The notes under the pieces were generated by a model. The model saw only the letters and a list, made by a program, of their open reading frames with translations. It was not told where the DNA came from and did not search any database. A stretch of 64,000 nucleotides of DNA from Candidatus Latescibacterota bacterium (GTDB lineage Bacteria; Latescibacterota; UBA2968), in assembly GCA_965116885.1 (NCBI GenBank), contig OZ220741.1, positions 1,056,001 to 1,120,000 of the forward strand, in the 5' to 3' direction. A program made the position numbers and the translations under genes. Shown in pieces: positions 38,834 through 49,061 of the stretch. The stretch's first letter is position 1. Each line of letters begins with the position of its first letter.

Positions 38834-40117
38834 ATGCTCGACATCAACCTCATTCGCAAAAACCCCGAACATGTCACCCGGGCATTGCAAAAACGCATGG
38901 ACGACATCGACTTCACAGACCTGCTCATCTGGGATGAAAAACGCCGTATGCACATCGCAGAAGCCGGACAGCTCCGCGCAAAACGCAACAGCGTCTCTGC
39001 CCAAATCCCCCAAATAAAAAAAGCGGGCGGAGACATCGCCCAGATACAAACAGAAATGCGCGACGTCTCGACCCGCATCAAAACCATTGAAACCGAACTC
39101 GCGGAAATCGAGCAAAACATCCATCTATTTATCGAAAGCCTCCCCAACATACCCGCAGACGACGTACCCCCCGGAGACAAAGAAAACAACCGCGTCATAC
39201 GCACATGGGGTGAAAAACCCGCCCCCGACTTTGATCCCCAGGACCACGTCGAACTCGTCACCCGCCTTCGCCTGATCGACTACGAACGCGGCGTCAAAAT
39301 GGGTGGAACGGGATTCTGGCTCTATATCGGCGACGGCGCGCGCCTCGAATGGGCCTTGCTCAACTACTTCATCGACAGCCACATTGACGACGGCTACGAA
39401 TTTGTACTCCCCCCACACATACTCAACGAAGCATGTGGCTTCACCGCCGGACAATTCCCCAAATTTGCCGACGACGTATTCCACCTCAAAACCGGCGACG
39501 ACAAAGTGCAATTCCTCTTGCCCACCTCTGAAACCGCGCTCATCAACTTCTACCGGGACGAAATCATCCCCGAAACAGACCTGCCCAAAAAATTCTTCTC
39601 CTACACCCCATGTTATCGCAAAGAAGCCGGCAGCTATCGGGCGCAGGAACGGGGCATGATTCGCGGTCACCAATTCAACAAAATCGAAATGTTCCAATTC
39701 ACCCGCCCCGAAGACTCCGAAGACGCACTCGAAGAACTCATCCACAAAGCCGAAAAACTCACCCGGAACCTGGGCCTGCATCATCGCGTCTCCATGCTCG
39801 CCGCAAAAGACGTCAGCGCATCCATGGCCAAAACCTACGACATCGAAGTCTGGATCCCCAGCATGAACGAATACAAAGAAGTCAGCTCCGCCTCCAATGC
39901 CAGCGACTATCAAGCCAGACGCGGCAGCATCCGATTCAAACGCACAGAAACCGGCAAAAACGAACTCGTACACACCCTCAACGCCTCGGGCCTGGCGACC
40001 AGCCGCATCATCCCCGCAATCGTCGAACAAAATCAAAACAGTGACGGCAGCGTCACCATCCCCGAAGTTCTGCGCCCCTATCTGGGGGGAAAAGAAATTT
40101 TTGAACCCGTGGATTAG
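38834..40117 (+). CDS. serS: Serine--tRNA ligase
   Basis: MLDI, coiled-coil arm, LPTSE, CYRKEAG, RGHQFNKIE, EVSSAS, HTLNASGLA. Confidence 0.97.
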   Translation: MLDINLIRKNPEHVTRALQKRMDDIDFTDLLIWDEKRRMHIAEAGQLRAKRNSVSAQIPQIKKAGGDIAQIQTEMRDVSTRIKTIETELAEIEQNIHLFIESLPNIPADDVPPGDKENNRVIRTWGEKPAPDFDPQDHVELVTRLRLIDYERGVKMGGTGFWLYIGDGARLEWALLNYFIDSHIDDGYEFVLPPHILNEACGFTAGQFPKFADDVFHLKTGDDKVQFLLPTSETALINFYRDEIIPETDLPKKFFSYTPCYRKEAGSYRAQERGMIRGHQFNKIEMFQFTRPEDSEDALEELIHKAEKLTRNLGLHHRVSMLAAKDVSASMAKTYDIEVWIPSMNEYKEVSSASNASDYQARRGSIRFKRTETGKNELVHTLNASGLATSRIIPAIVEQNQNSDGSVTIPEVLRPYLGGKEIFEPVD

Positions 40118-40120
40118 CTC

Positions 40121-42712
40121 CTATCCCGAGCAATTCGAGCCACTAACATCTGTAATGCCCTGAAGCCACGTCTGAAAGGCAGCATCAAGCGGCGCACATA
40201 GCCCTGTATTATGAAAGTAAAATTGCTTCAGCTTTGTCAGCCCAGTCAGGCTTTGGGGAAGCGCACCCATCAAAGATGCATTATCCTGGAGCCACAGAAC
40301 CTCCAGATTGGACAAGTTGCCCAATTGTATTGGCGTTGCACCACGCAACTGATTGTTGCTAAGATACAGTGCTGTAAGATTGGACAAGTTGCCCAATGCT
40401 GTTGGAATCGCACTGCTCAACTGATTGTTGCTAAGACTCAATGTCGTAAGATTGGACAGATTGCCCAATGCTGTTGGAAGCTCGCCAACCAACTGATTGC
40501 TGTGAAGACTCAGTGTCGTAAGGTTAGATAGATTACCCAATGCTACTGGTATCTCACCTACCAACTGATTGTTGCCGAGGTCCAGGGTCGTGAGATTGGA
40601 TAGACTGCTCAATTCTGTTGGAATCTCGTCACTCAACTGATTGCTCCAAAGATGTAGTTCCGTAAGGTTAGAAAGGGTGAACAATTCGGAGGGGATTGAC
40701 GTCAGTTGATTACCACCCAGATAGAGCGTGCGGAGTGCGGCCAGGTCATCAAAGAGGCCATCGGGCAGGCTACTGAGTTGATTCTCTTTCAGGTCGAGCG
40801 TTGTCAAACCCGTCAGACCAGAAAAATCGCCAGCCTTCAGTTCTGTGAGGTTTGCATCCTCCAAAATGAGAGAATTTATCGCAGACAGATGCGCCACTGT
40901 CACATCGCCGCAAGTGCTTACAGGCACTTGTGCCATAATCGCGTCGTGTACTGCGTGCGTGCGGTCACACACCGATACCCTTACTGTCTGTAACGGCAAG
41001 TCTTTGACAATTTTTCCCGTCTCTCCAGTATATTTTCCCACTTCAATTTTTATGATACCCCGATCGTCCAGGTAGCTTGTCTGCGCCATCACCGGGATAG
41101 AGGCGTGCGGAGAGAATAGATTTGAAACTTCCGCAATACGATGATAGCTCTGGTCATTCCCATCCACCTGAAAATGAGAGAAAGAAAGGCTGAATAAAGG
41201 GGTATCTCTGACTGGAAAGGGATTGGGATTACCATAAATTTCAACGAATATGACGTCGCGAATGTGCAGTGAAAGCGTCTTTCCCGGAAATGCCAGCGCA
41301 CCGATGAAGGTCGTTTCATTCGTACTCAGATCCGTCGCTTCCATACGCACCCATGTATGCTCGTAACGTCCCCAGCCATACGCGATGTCTTCGGGCTTAT
41401 AGCTGGCGGGAAGAGGCTCTCCTTCCACAACATCGGACTTGCGAAGACACAGGCGATAGGTTCCTTCTGACCAGGCGAAGTCGTTTCTCACACTAATAAA
41501 ATCCCCTTCGTCACCAGAGCTTTCCAAAAGGCCGCCGGGTGCTTGTCTAATCGCTTTCCAATTTCGCTCTTCCCATCGGGAAAAAATAGCCCCCCTGCCG
41601 CGCGTGAAGACAGAATATGCGAGGTTGCTCATGTGCAGACGACCTTTAATTCGCGTCTGTATGCCTCCGTAAATGGGTATCTGATTGATCAGCTTGTTAA
41701 AAGGGGCTATGTATAAATTGACACTATCGGGCACACTGCCTTCAATGGTGAACGTTGTACAATAGGACTGAATGTCCTTCGGCTCATTTGAGGAGTATAA
41801 ATACACGTTAATCAAGTGCCAGGGCGTTTTAGCCTGCGTATTTGGTGGCAGGCGCCGGGGCACGGCAATAGTTGAGGCCGACCACGCGCCCGTACCTTCG
41901 TCGTTGTTTGCCCGTATCTGCACCTCGTAGTAAATGTACGATTTCAAGCCCGCGATCGTCGTCGTCTGCGCGGTGCCGGTGTGAGGATAGGAGATAAATT
42001 CACTGTCGCTGGCTTGTCGGTATTGCACATCATAATCACTGATGTCTGGACCGGTGTTGGTCGGTGCCATCCAGCTCACCGTCAGGGTATTCAAGGTCGG
42101 ATCTGATATTGTTGGTGCTGCTGGTCTTCCCGGTGCTTCTTTCACATCAATCACAGCAATGGTAATCGCCTGTTCGGCTGTCCGTGTGCGTTTACCCTTG
42201 CCACTTGTAACCTGGACCACCACGGTATATGTACTATCGTCCGCGACTGGTCGCTCGAAGTCTGGAAGGGCCTTGAAGTACAACTGATTCTGGTTGATGA
42301 TCTCAAACAGATCCTGATTGGGACCACCGCTAATCGCATAGCCGATAATATCGTCCTGGCTGTCGTCATCTTTGGCGATAACCGTGCTGACCATCCTTGT
42401 GTTCTCCTGCATATAGAAGGTTGACGCACTGGTGAAAACAGGCAAGCAGTTTACCTCCTGGCCAAAGCTACTGACAAAGATCAGAAAATCGTCAAACGCA
42501 ATTTCACCATTGCCGTTCAGATCGTATTTTGCTTCATACTTTTCCTGGCCCTCCAGAGACCCGAACGCGCTGACAAAGAACAAAAAGTCGGGAAAATCAA
42601 CAACGCCACTTCCGTCAAAGTCCGCGGGAGGTGGCGTATCAGCAGAGGCATTCCCCATACATACCAGTATCGCAAGGGCGACAAAATTCATAAACACCCA
42701 GCTCTTTTTCAA
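40121..42712 (-). CDS. Secreted protein: EF-hand/dockerin-like pair + cadherin + Fn3 + unknown beta domain + plant-type LRRs
   Basis: Signal peptide; DFDGSGVVDFPDFL...YDLNGNGEIAFDDFL; PVF...ENT...DFE...DVKE; VSW..P...YDVQYR...YEVQIRA; 24-aa LxxLxLxxNQLxGxIPxxLGNL repeats; TTG start. Confidence 0.88.
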   Translation of the reverse strand: MKKSWVFMNFVALAILVCMGNASADTPPPADFDGSGVVDFPDFLFFVSAFGSLEGQEKYEAKYDLNGNGEIAFDDFLIFVSSFGQEVNCLPVFTSASTFYMQENTRMVSTVIAKDDDSQDDIIGYAISGGPNQDLFEIINQNQLYFKALPDFERPVADDSTYTVVVQVTSGKGKRTRTAEQAITIAVIDVKEAPGRPAAPTISDPTLNTLTVSWMAPTNTGPDISDYDVQYRQASDSEFISYPHTGTAQTTTIAGLKSYIYYEVQIRANNDEGTGAWSASTIAVPRRLPPNTQAKTPWHLINVYLYSSNEPKDIQSYCTTFTIEGSVPDSVNLYIAPFNKLINQIPIYGGIQTRIKGRLHMSNLAYSVFTRGRGAIFSRWEERNWKAIRQAPGGLLESSGDEGDFISVRNDFAWSEGTYRLCLRKSDVVEGEPLPASYKPEDIAYGWGRYEHTWVRMEATDLSTNETTFIGALAFPGKTLSLHIRDVIFVEIYGNPNPFPVRDTPLFSLSFSHFQVDGNDQSYHRIAEVSNLFSPHASIPVMAQTSYLDDRGIIKIEVGKYTGETGKIVKDLPLQTVRVSVCDRTHAVHDAIMAQVPVSTCGDVTVAHLSAINSLILEDANLTELKAGDFSGLTGLTTLDLKENQLSSLPDGLFDDLAALRTLYLGGNQLTSIPSELFTLSNLTELHLWSNQLSDEIPTELSSLSNLTTLDLGNNQLVGEIPVALGNLSNLTTLSLHSNQLVGELPTALGNLSNLTTLSLSNNQLSSAIPTALGNLSNLTALYLSNNQLRGATPIQLGNLSNLEVLWLQDNASLMGALPQSLTGLTKLKQFYFHNTGLCAPLDAAFQTWLQGITDVSGSNCSG

Positions 42713-42822
42713 GTCTAACCCCCTTCAATAGATGTGACCCCAAATAGGGGCAAGTCCCAAAAATTCTATCAAAAGATAGCCCCGCGATAGGGGTGGTGGT
42801 TTTATGTAAAGCTATTTATAAA

Positions 42823-42838
42823 TGCAAAAACCGTGCCA
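42823..42838 (-). promoter_or_regulatory. Sigma54 -24/-12 promoter for the LRR/cadherin gene
   Basis: TGGCACGGTTTTTGCA, 110 bp upstream of the start codon. Confidence 0.85.
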
Positions 42839-42939
42839 ATAGAAGTTTTGCTCCAGAGATTTTATTCGTAAAGAGTTGTTTTATATAAAAAAAGAGAGCC
42901 AATCTGACTATATCATATCGTTGCCGAATAGCCGGATTG

Positions 42940-42995
42940 GCTCTTACAAAAGACTTTATATGGTCTTAAAAGACGTACTATGGTCTCAAAAGTCC
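42940..42995. promoter_or_regulatory. Candidate enhancer (UAS) array with 20-bp period
   Basis: aaaagac/aaaagac/aaaagtc at 42948, 42968 and 42988; tatggtct at 42959 and 42979; central palindrome gtctt-aa-aagac. Confidence 0.5.
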
Positions 42996-43114
42996 CGAGA
43001 TTATTACACCCTTCATATTTCTGTTTGCAGGTGTGAAATTCAATATTATGTTTCTCTTGCAAGTGTGAGATACACTATGAATCCGTTTTTCACCCATATC
43101 ACAAGGTTCGCCCT

Positions 43115-46100
43115 ATGATCAAGCCACTTGACCGCACAGGCACCTATCGGACTTATTCTATGGCCGATGGCCTGGCCGGGGTGCGCATTGAACACATTGC
43201 CGAGGATAGCAAAGGCGATCTCTGGTTTGCCACCTGGGACAATGGTGTCAGTTGCTTCGATGGAGACGAGTTCCAGGTATTTACCCAACAGGACGGTCTT
43301 GTTAGTGACCGCGTTTATTTTATTCAAAAGGACAGTCAGAATCGGTTGTGGTTCGGTACATTAAATGGGGTCTGCTGGTATGACGGGGCAAATTTCCACC
43401 ATTTGGAAGAAGACGGTATCGCAGGCCGATCTGTGCAGTTCATTTATGAAGACCGTGAGGGACGTATATGGTGTGGTGGTCACCATACCCTGGGATATTA
43501 CGACGGCACGGCTTACCGCGATTTAATTTCGCTTTACCTGCAGCACTACCCGGAACCGCCTGCTCCTAACTGGACCAACCGGTGTCGGGGCATAGCTCAG
43601 GATCTCGAAGGTCACCTGTGGTTTGGCTTTAATTATCTCACCCGCTTTGACGGCACATCTTTCCACCGCTACGAAGAGAAAGAGGGTTTTCCTCGACACC
43701 CGACAAGCTATGTCGTGGGTCGGAACGATACCGGTCATGTTTGGATCGGTCATCGCAAATGCGAAAACAAACTCTGGTGCTATGCCGATGACTCTTTCCA
43801 GCCTATTCAGGTAGATTTGGGTGGTATTCTGCGCAAAATACAGTGTGACGGTACGGGTCGAATGTGGTTTTCTACTTCAGAAGGGGTGCTCTATCAGGAT
43901 GGCGAAGGGTTCAGCAGGTTTACCGTTGCCGATGGCCTGCCTCATACCTCAGTTAAAGCCGTATTACAGGATCGCGAGCATCAGTACTGGTTTGCCACAG
44001 AGGGGGGCGTCGGGATTTACGATACACATATCAGCGTTTTCGACCTGCGTCCAAACTTATCTAATTCATCTGAAAGCGTAAGCGGGATTTCACAGATCGT
44101 GCAAGACAGTCGAGGTGATATATGGGTTGGGTATGCAGCTCCCTTTCTCAACAGCCAGACCCAAAGCGTCTTTCGTTTTGATGGCGAGTGCTTTGATTTC
44201 GTAAATGCCGATGATGGCGATATCGACAACTGTTTTGCCATCTACGAGGACCGCGATGGGGCCCTGTGGTTTGGCGGCGTCAATGGTTTGTTCCGCTACG
44301 ATGGGAAGAAGCTAAAAAAAATGGAAGAACCAATCGCAGGTTCAGGCGAAGGCAGTATCAGTGCAATCACCCAGGATTCGCAAGGGCAATTCATATTTGG
44401 TCATTGGGAAGAAAAAATAAAAAGAAAAGACCTTTTTGTCAGCGCATTGAAGATCGCTTACCAGCGCGGCGAGGAGGTCCAAACCATTTTTGAGAAGAAG
44501 GAGAAAAAAGATCCTTTTAGCCGCATTGGCACTGTGATTGTCGGGCGCAACAGCGAGGTCTATTTTCATCTCGTTCACCAGGATTTCTACGACAACAATA
44601 AAGGCTTCGTGCGTTGGCATCCCGAAGATGGCCTCAAATTCTATAGGGTTAAAGACGGGCTGATAGACGGCAGGGTCACCGACCTGTTTTTAGACCAGAG
44701 TGGCAACCTGTGGATTGCCACTCTGGGTGGTCTTTATTGCTTTGATGGCAGTACCTTCCAGAGCTTCACAACTGAAGAGGGTCTGCCGAGCAACCGCATC
44801 CGTTGCTTGCTTGAAGATCGGCAAGGCCACCTTTGGATTGGCACAGACGGCGGTGTGGCTCACCATGATGGCCAGATTTTTCAGACCATCAAGTCGCCGT
44901 ATATAGGACCGGTTTTCCGAATACTTGAAGATCGCGATGGAAACTTCTGGTTTGGTACAGCCCAACATTCTCTGGTGCGCTACCGGCAACAAAAAACGCG
45001 ACCTCAGATTCGCTTGCTACAAGTGATTGCCGATGAGGTCTATGAGAACTTAGAAGAAGTCATCGTATCTAAGACAGACCAGAATGTGATTTTCGAGTAC
45101 AAGGGCCTGAGTTTTTCTACCCATCCCAGCGACATGCTCTATGTCTATCGCCTGAATGGCTATGATGCCGACTGGCAACCAGCGACCCGAAAAATGCGGG
45201 CCTTTTACCGGGACTTGCCGCCGGGAGACTACACCTTCCAGGTCCGGGCGATAGATCGCGATCTCAATTACTCAGAGATCGCGCAAACGTGCCTCTCGAT
45301 CACAGAAGACCCGCGTATCGAAGCATTGACCGACGTCATCAACCGTCGAGAAAGCCAGCAGTTTATCGGTCATAGCCCTGCTCTGCGCGAGTTTCAAATT
45401 AATCTTGAAAAAATCGCATCTACCAATATGACCGTGTTGATTATGGGCGAGACGGGGGTGGGCAAGGGGTTGGCAGCACGGACACTACACGCGCTGAGTG
45501 CCCATAGCGATGGTCCTTTTATAGAGGTCAGTTGCGGTGCATTGCCCGGAGCGTTGATCGACAGTGAGTTGTTTGGTCACGAGAGAGGGGCCTTTACCGG
45601 CGCAGTTTTCCACAGATTGGGCAGGGTGGAACTGGCAGAGGGTGGCACACTCTTTTTGGACGAGATCGGCGATATGGCTGTAGAAACGCAGGGCAAGCTG
45701 TTGCGTTTGCTGGAAGAGGGCAGGTTTGAACGCGTTGGGAGCAGTGAGACGCGGATGGCAAAGACGCGTATTGTAGCAGCGACCAATCGCAATTTGGGGG
45801 AGATGGTCAGCAGGGGTGATTTTAGGGAGGATCTCTATTACCGTCTCAATGCCTTTCCGATGTACTTGCCATCCCTGCGTGAGCGCAAGGAGGATATACC
45901 GGAGTTAGCCGAGTATTTCAAGATTCGCATGGCGACGCATCTGGGCAAGCAAATAGCTCTCTTGACGCCAGAAATTATTGAGGTTTTACAAAGCTACGAT
46001 TGGCCGGGTAATGTGCGGGAATTAGAGCATACCATACAACGGGCCGTGGTCTTGTGTTCTGAGTCTCAAATCAGAAAGGAGAATCTGGGACTGCACAGTT

Positions 46101-46324
46101 CTCGAATCAAAGATACAGGTCATGAGGGGCAGACTTTATCGGCTCCTCATGACCGCGAATTCGTACCTTTAAATGAATTTGAACGGCGCCACATCCTCGA
46201 CGCGCTCGAAGCCACGAACTATCTGATAAAGGGACCCAGGGGCGCGGCGAAGCTGCTTGGGGTACCGCCTTCTACGCTGTATGGAAAAATGAAAAGACTG
46301 GGTATCAAACTAAACCCTCGCTGA
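43115..46324 (+). CDS. Sigma54-dependent activator with N-terminal Reg_prop beta-propellers and Y_Y_Y domain
   Basis: Repeated I.ED..G.LWFGT/DGL blades; YVYRLNGYD...Y.DLPPGDYTFQVRA; GETGVGKG, ELFGHERGAFTGA, LFLDEIG, FREDLYYRL, WPGNVREL; C-terminal HTH. Confidence 0.92.
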   Translation: MIKPLDRTGTYRTYSMADGLAGVRIEHIAEDSKGDLWFATWDNGVSCFDGDEFQVFTQQDGLVSDRVYFIQKDSQNRLWFGTLNGVCWYDGANFHHLEEDGIAGRSVQFIYEDREGRIWCGGHHTLGYYDGTAYRDLISLYLQHYPEPPAPNWTNRCRGIAQDLEGHLWFGFNYLTRFDGTSFHRYEEKEGFPRHPTSYVVGRNDTGHVWIGHRKCENKLWCYADDSFQPIQVDLGGILRKIQCDGTGRMWFSTSEGVLYQDGEGFSRFTVADGLPHTSVKAVLQDREHQYWFATEGGVGIYDTHISVFDLRPNLSNSSESVSGISQIVQDSRGDIWVGYAAPFLNSQTQSVFRFDGECFDFVNADDGDIDNCFAIYEDRDGALWFGGVNGLFRYDGKKLKKMEEPIAGSGEGSISAITQDSQGQFIFGHWEEKIKRKDLFVSALKIAYQRGEEVQTIFEKKEKKDPFSRIGTVIVGRNSEVYFHLVHQDFYDNNKGFVRWHPEDGLKFYRVKDGLIDGRVTDLFLDQSGNLWIATLGGLYCFDGSTFQSFTTEEGLPSNRIRCLLEDRQGHLWIGTDGGVAHHDGQIFQTIKSPYIGPVFRILEDRDGNFWFGTAQHSLVRYRQQKTRPQIRLLQVIADEVYENLEEVIVSKTDQNVIFEYKGLSFSTHPSDMLYVYRLNGYDADWQPATRKMRAFYRDLPPGDYTFQVRAIDRDLNYSEIAQTCLSITEDPRIEALTDVINRRESQQFIGHSPALREFQINLEKIASTNMTVLIMGETGVGKGLAARTLHALSAHSDGPFIEVSCGALPGALIDSELFGHERGAFTGAVFHRLGRVELAEGGTLFLDEIGDMAVETQGKLLRLLEEGRFERVGSSETRMAKTRIVAATNRNLGEMVSRGDFREDLYYRLNAFPMYLPSLRERKEDIPELAEYFKIRMATHLGKQIALLTPEIIEVLQSYDWPGNVRELEHTIQRAVVLCSESQIRKENLGLHSSRIKDTGHEGQTLSAPHDREFVPLNEFERRHILDALEATNYLIKGPRGAAKLLGVPPSTLYGKMKRLGIKLNPR

Positions 46325-46355
46325 CAAACTGCTATCGCAATTATCTGCTCACCTC

Positions 46356-46401
46356 GAGTACAAACAAAAGCCCGTCGATCAAATGAGATTAACGGGCTTT
46401 C
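46356..46401. terminator. Terminator-like hairpin, direct-repeat copy of 49062-49108
   Basis: aaagcccgt...acgggcttt. Confidence 0.7.
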
Positions 46402-46539
46402 TTGTGTACTTGAGTCAAGTTGAAGTTAAGGAGCGGCAGAGAAAGAAATTTTGGCAGATGATTGAGGAGCAATATCCGGGTCAAAATACCTGCTGTGAGC
46501 AGGTTGCGCTATCAGGACTTGATAACTGAATCAAATAGG

Positions 46540-46567
46540 TTGAACTTGACTCGTTTCGGTGTATAAT
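46540..46567 (+). promoter_or_regulatory. Possible sigma70 promoter
   Basis: TTGAAC-16-TATAAT upstream of the GGAG RBS and GTG start. Confidence 0.45.
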
Positions 46568-46621
46568 AGTCGGCATAAGATGCCTCGGTGAAACCTGCTA
46601 CACTAAAACGGAGTAACGCAA

Positions 46622-49039
46622 GTGTTTTCATTTTTCAGGCACATCATCTTTTTTTTCTCTGTGTGCTTTTTCTTTTTTCATTCTGTAACGTATGTACAGG
46701 CGCAGAACAACAATACGCCTAATCTTACGATACAAGAGTTAGTTACTGGACTAAGTACTCCCTGGAGTCTCGATTTTACGCCTGATGGAACAATTCTATT
46801 TACTCAGCGACGAGGTGTATTGAGTGCTATTTTACCAGACGGCACAGTAAATACTGTTACCATTGATCTTAGCGACTTTTTTGCCCAGAGAACGACAGGT
46901 TTGTTGTCCGTTTTGGTTGATCCTGATTTTTCGACTAATCGACGTTTTTATACTTGTCAAGGTCATCAAGTCGCTGGTGCGAGTAACGACACCAGAGAAG
47001 TTCAAGTCATCGCATGGAGAATGAACGATACATACACAGCGGCTACTCGCGTGAATGATCCTCTTGTTGGCGGTATTAAGGTCAGGAATGATGGTTTTCA
47101 CGGAGGCGGGCGAATGCGGTTTGGCCCTGATGGATATTTGTGGATTTGTGCCGGTGATGGTGGCGCGGGTACTGTTCCTCAAGACACGTCTGCGCTTGGC
47201 GGTAAAATTCTTCGTGTTAATGCCATGACGGGCGCGGGTGCTTCTGATAATCCGTTTTCTGATTATCCTCTTGTTTACACGTTGGGGCATCGCAACCCGC
47301 AGGGATTGGCTTTGAGACCTGGTACAAATGAAATGTGGTCAGTAGAGCATGGGCCAGAGTACGATGATGAAATCAATAAATTGGTATCTGGTGGTAATTA
47401 TGGATGGGACCCTGTACCTGAAAAAGAAGGTGATGATCGATATAATCAGGAAGTGTCGATGACTGACACTGAAAAATATCCTGATGCTATTGAAGCCAAG
47501 TGGTCGTCTGGAAGTGCCAGAACTGCGCCAAGTGGTGCTGCTTTTCTTGAAGGTAGCGCCTGGAAAGATTGGGAAGGACGATTGGCGGTAGCAACGTTGC
47601 AACATAAGAAATTATATCTCCTTAAATTCTCTAATTCAGGTACATTTGAGAATAGAATCATCGTTCCTGGATTTAGTGGAGATCCTGGGAGTGGAGGACA
47701 TGGGCGACTTCGTGCGGTTGTTCTTGCCCCTGATAGTAGCCTGTATGTTACCACCTCAAAAGACGATTGGCGTACTACAAAAAGAAATGATGATAAGATT
47801 TTAAGGGTTATTCCGAGTGTTGCCCCCTCTTTTGCATCTAATAATATTAGTGTGAGTGTCGCTGAGAGCAATAATAGTGCAGTACTTGTGGCTACGGTTA
47901 CGGCTACTAATGACGATGACGAGATACTTTCCTATGAACTAAGTGGACAAGATGAAACGTCTTTTTACATATCGGATTCTTCCGTTGGAGAGGTGCGAGC
48001 GCGTGTAGAATTAGATTACGAAACCAAAAATTCATACCATGTTGTCGTTACGGCTACTGATCCTTTTCATTTGAGTGATGAGGTCACAGTAACTATCACT
48101 GTAACAGATGTGAATGAACAATTCGCTATCTCCCTGGATACAGACGATTCTGAAGGTGAGCAGTTTGCATCTTTTCTCGCTGTTTCTCCTGATGGCGGAA
48201 GAGCGACTATCCAGGTTTTCGGGAAAGCTATTCCGGATGTAAACGATATTTCCATGCGCTTTGAATACGATCCGACACAGGTGGTGTATGAAGGCTTTAA
48301 GCGGGGTCCAGTCTTATCTGGCACCTCTGCGCTTGCTGGGAAAAACTTTGTGAATATCGGGATGACGTTAAGAGAAACAATTGACGATAGTGGTCTTATG
48401 GGCACACTTCGCTTTCGTGCGAGAGATACACTTACAGAGACAGAGATACGGTTGGTGCGCGTTAAGCTGTTGGGGGGACAGTCTGAGACCCTCCCGATGT
48501 ACCTCAGCATCGCTCTACAAGGGTCTGCAGTTGCCCTACCAGTCGGTGAGGCTTCGGCAGATTTTAACGGGAATGGGACCATAGACATTCCCGACTTTTT
48601 GCTCTTTGTGGATGTGTTCGGGTTAAAGGCGGGTCAAGAGCAGTATGAGGCAAAATACGATCTGGACAGGAATGACGAGATAGGGATCCCCGATTTTCTG
48701 ATCTTTGTGGATAACTTTGGCAAGGAAATGATCCAGGTGCCAGTGTTCACGTCAGAGCGTCCTGTGCTGCGCTTTGTGGAGGAGAATACGCCGCCTGGAC
48801 AGCCTATAGGTGATCCCATTTCAGCGAGGCGTGCCGAAGGTGAATCTCTCATGTATAGCCTGTGGGGTGTGGATGCCGAATATTTTGCGATTGATGCGAA
48901 CACAGGCCAGCTTGAGACGAAAGAGGCGCACAATTATGAGACGCGGAACTGGTATTCTCCCATCGTGCGCGTCAGTGATGGCAAGGGTGGACAGGTGAGT
49001 GTGGTGGTGGGTGTTGCTATCATTGATGTTGTCGAATAG
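46622..49039 (+). CDS. Secreted PQQ-dependent sugar dehydrogenase (GSDH/YliI-like) + cadherin + cohesin-like + EF-hand/dockerin-like + cadherin
   Basis: GLSTPWSL, HGGGRMRFGPDG, GKILR, GHRNPQG, EHGP..DDEIN, NYGW, GRLR; LDYE; FEYDP...GTLRF; DFNGNGTIDIPDFL. Confidence 0.85.
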   Translation: MFSFFRHIIFFFSVCFFFFHSVTYVQAQNNNTPNLTIQELVTGLSTPWSLDFTPDGTILFTQRRGVLSAILPDGTVNTVTIDLSDFFAQRTTGLLSVLVDPDFSTNRRFYTCQGHQVAGASNDTREVQVIAWRMNDTYTAATRVNDPLVGGIKVRNDGFHGGGRMRFGPDGYLWICAGDGGAGTVPQDTSALGGKILRVNAMTGAGASDNPFSDYPLVYTLGHRNPQGLALRPGTNEMWSVEHGPEYDDEINKLVSGGNYGWDPVPEKEGDDRYNQEVSMTDTEKYPDAIEAKWSSGSARTAPSGAAFLEGSAWKDWEGRLAVATLQHKKLYLLKFSNSGTFENRIIVPGFSGDPGSGGHGRLRAVVLAPDSSLYVTTSKDDWRTTKRNDDKILRVIPSVAPSFASNNISVSVAESNNSAVLVATVTATNDDDEILSYELSGQDETSFYISDSSVGEVRARVELDYETKNSYHVVVTATDPFHLSDEVTVTITVTDVNEQFAISLDTDDSEGEQFASFLAVSPDGGRATIQVFGKAIPDVNDISMRFEYDPTQVVYEGFKRGPVLSGTSALAGKNFVNIGMTLRETIDDSGLMGTLRFRARDTLTETEIRLVRVKLLGGQSETLPMYLSIALQGSAVALPVGEASADFNGNGTIDIPDFLLFVDVFGLKAGQEQYEAKYDLDRNDEIGIPDFLIFVDNFGKEMIQVPVFTSERPVLRFVEENTPPGQPIGDPISARRAEGESLMYSLWGVDAEYFAIDANTGQLETKEAHNYETRNWYSPIVRVSDGKGGQVSVVVGVAIIDVVE

Positions 49040-49061
49040 ACACAGCAGGATATAGCTGGTA

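Noticed and set aside
40290..40800. 72-bp nucleotide periodicity as a DNA repeat element
   Set aside because: Explained by the 24-aa LRR coding repeats
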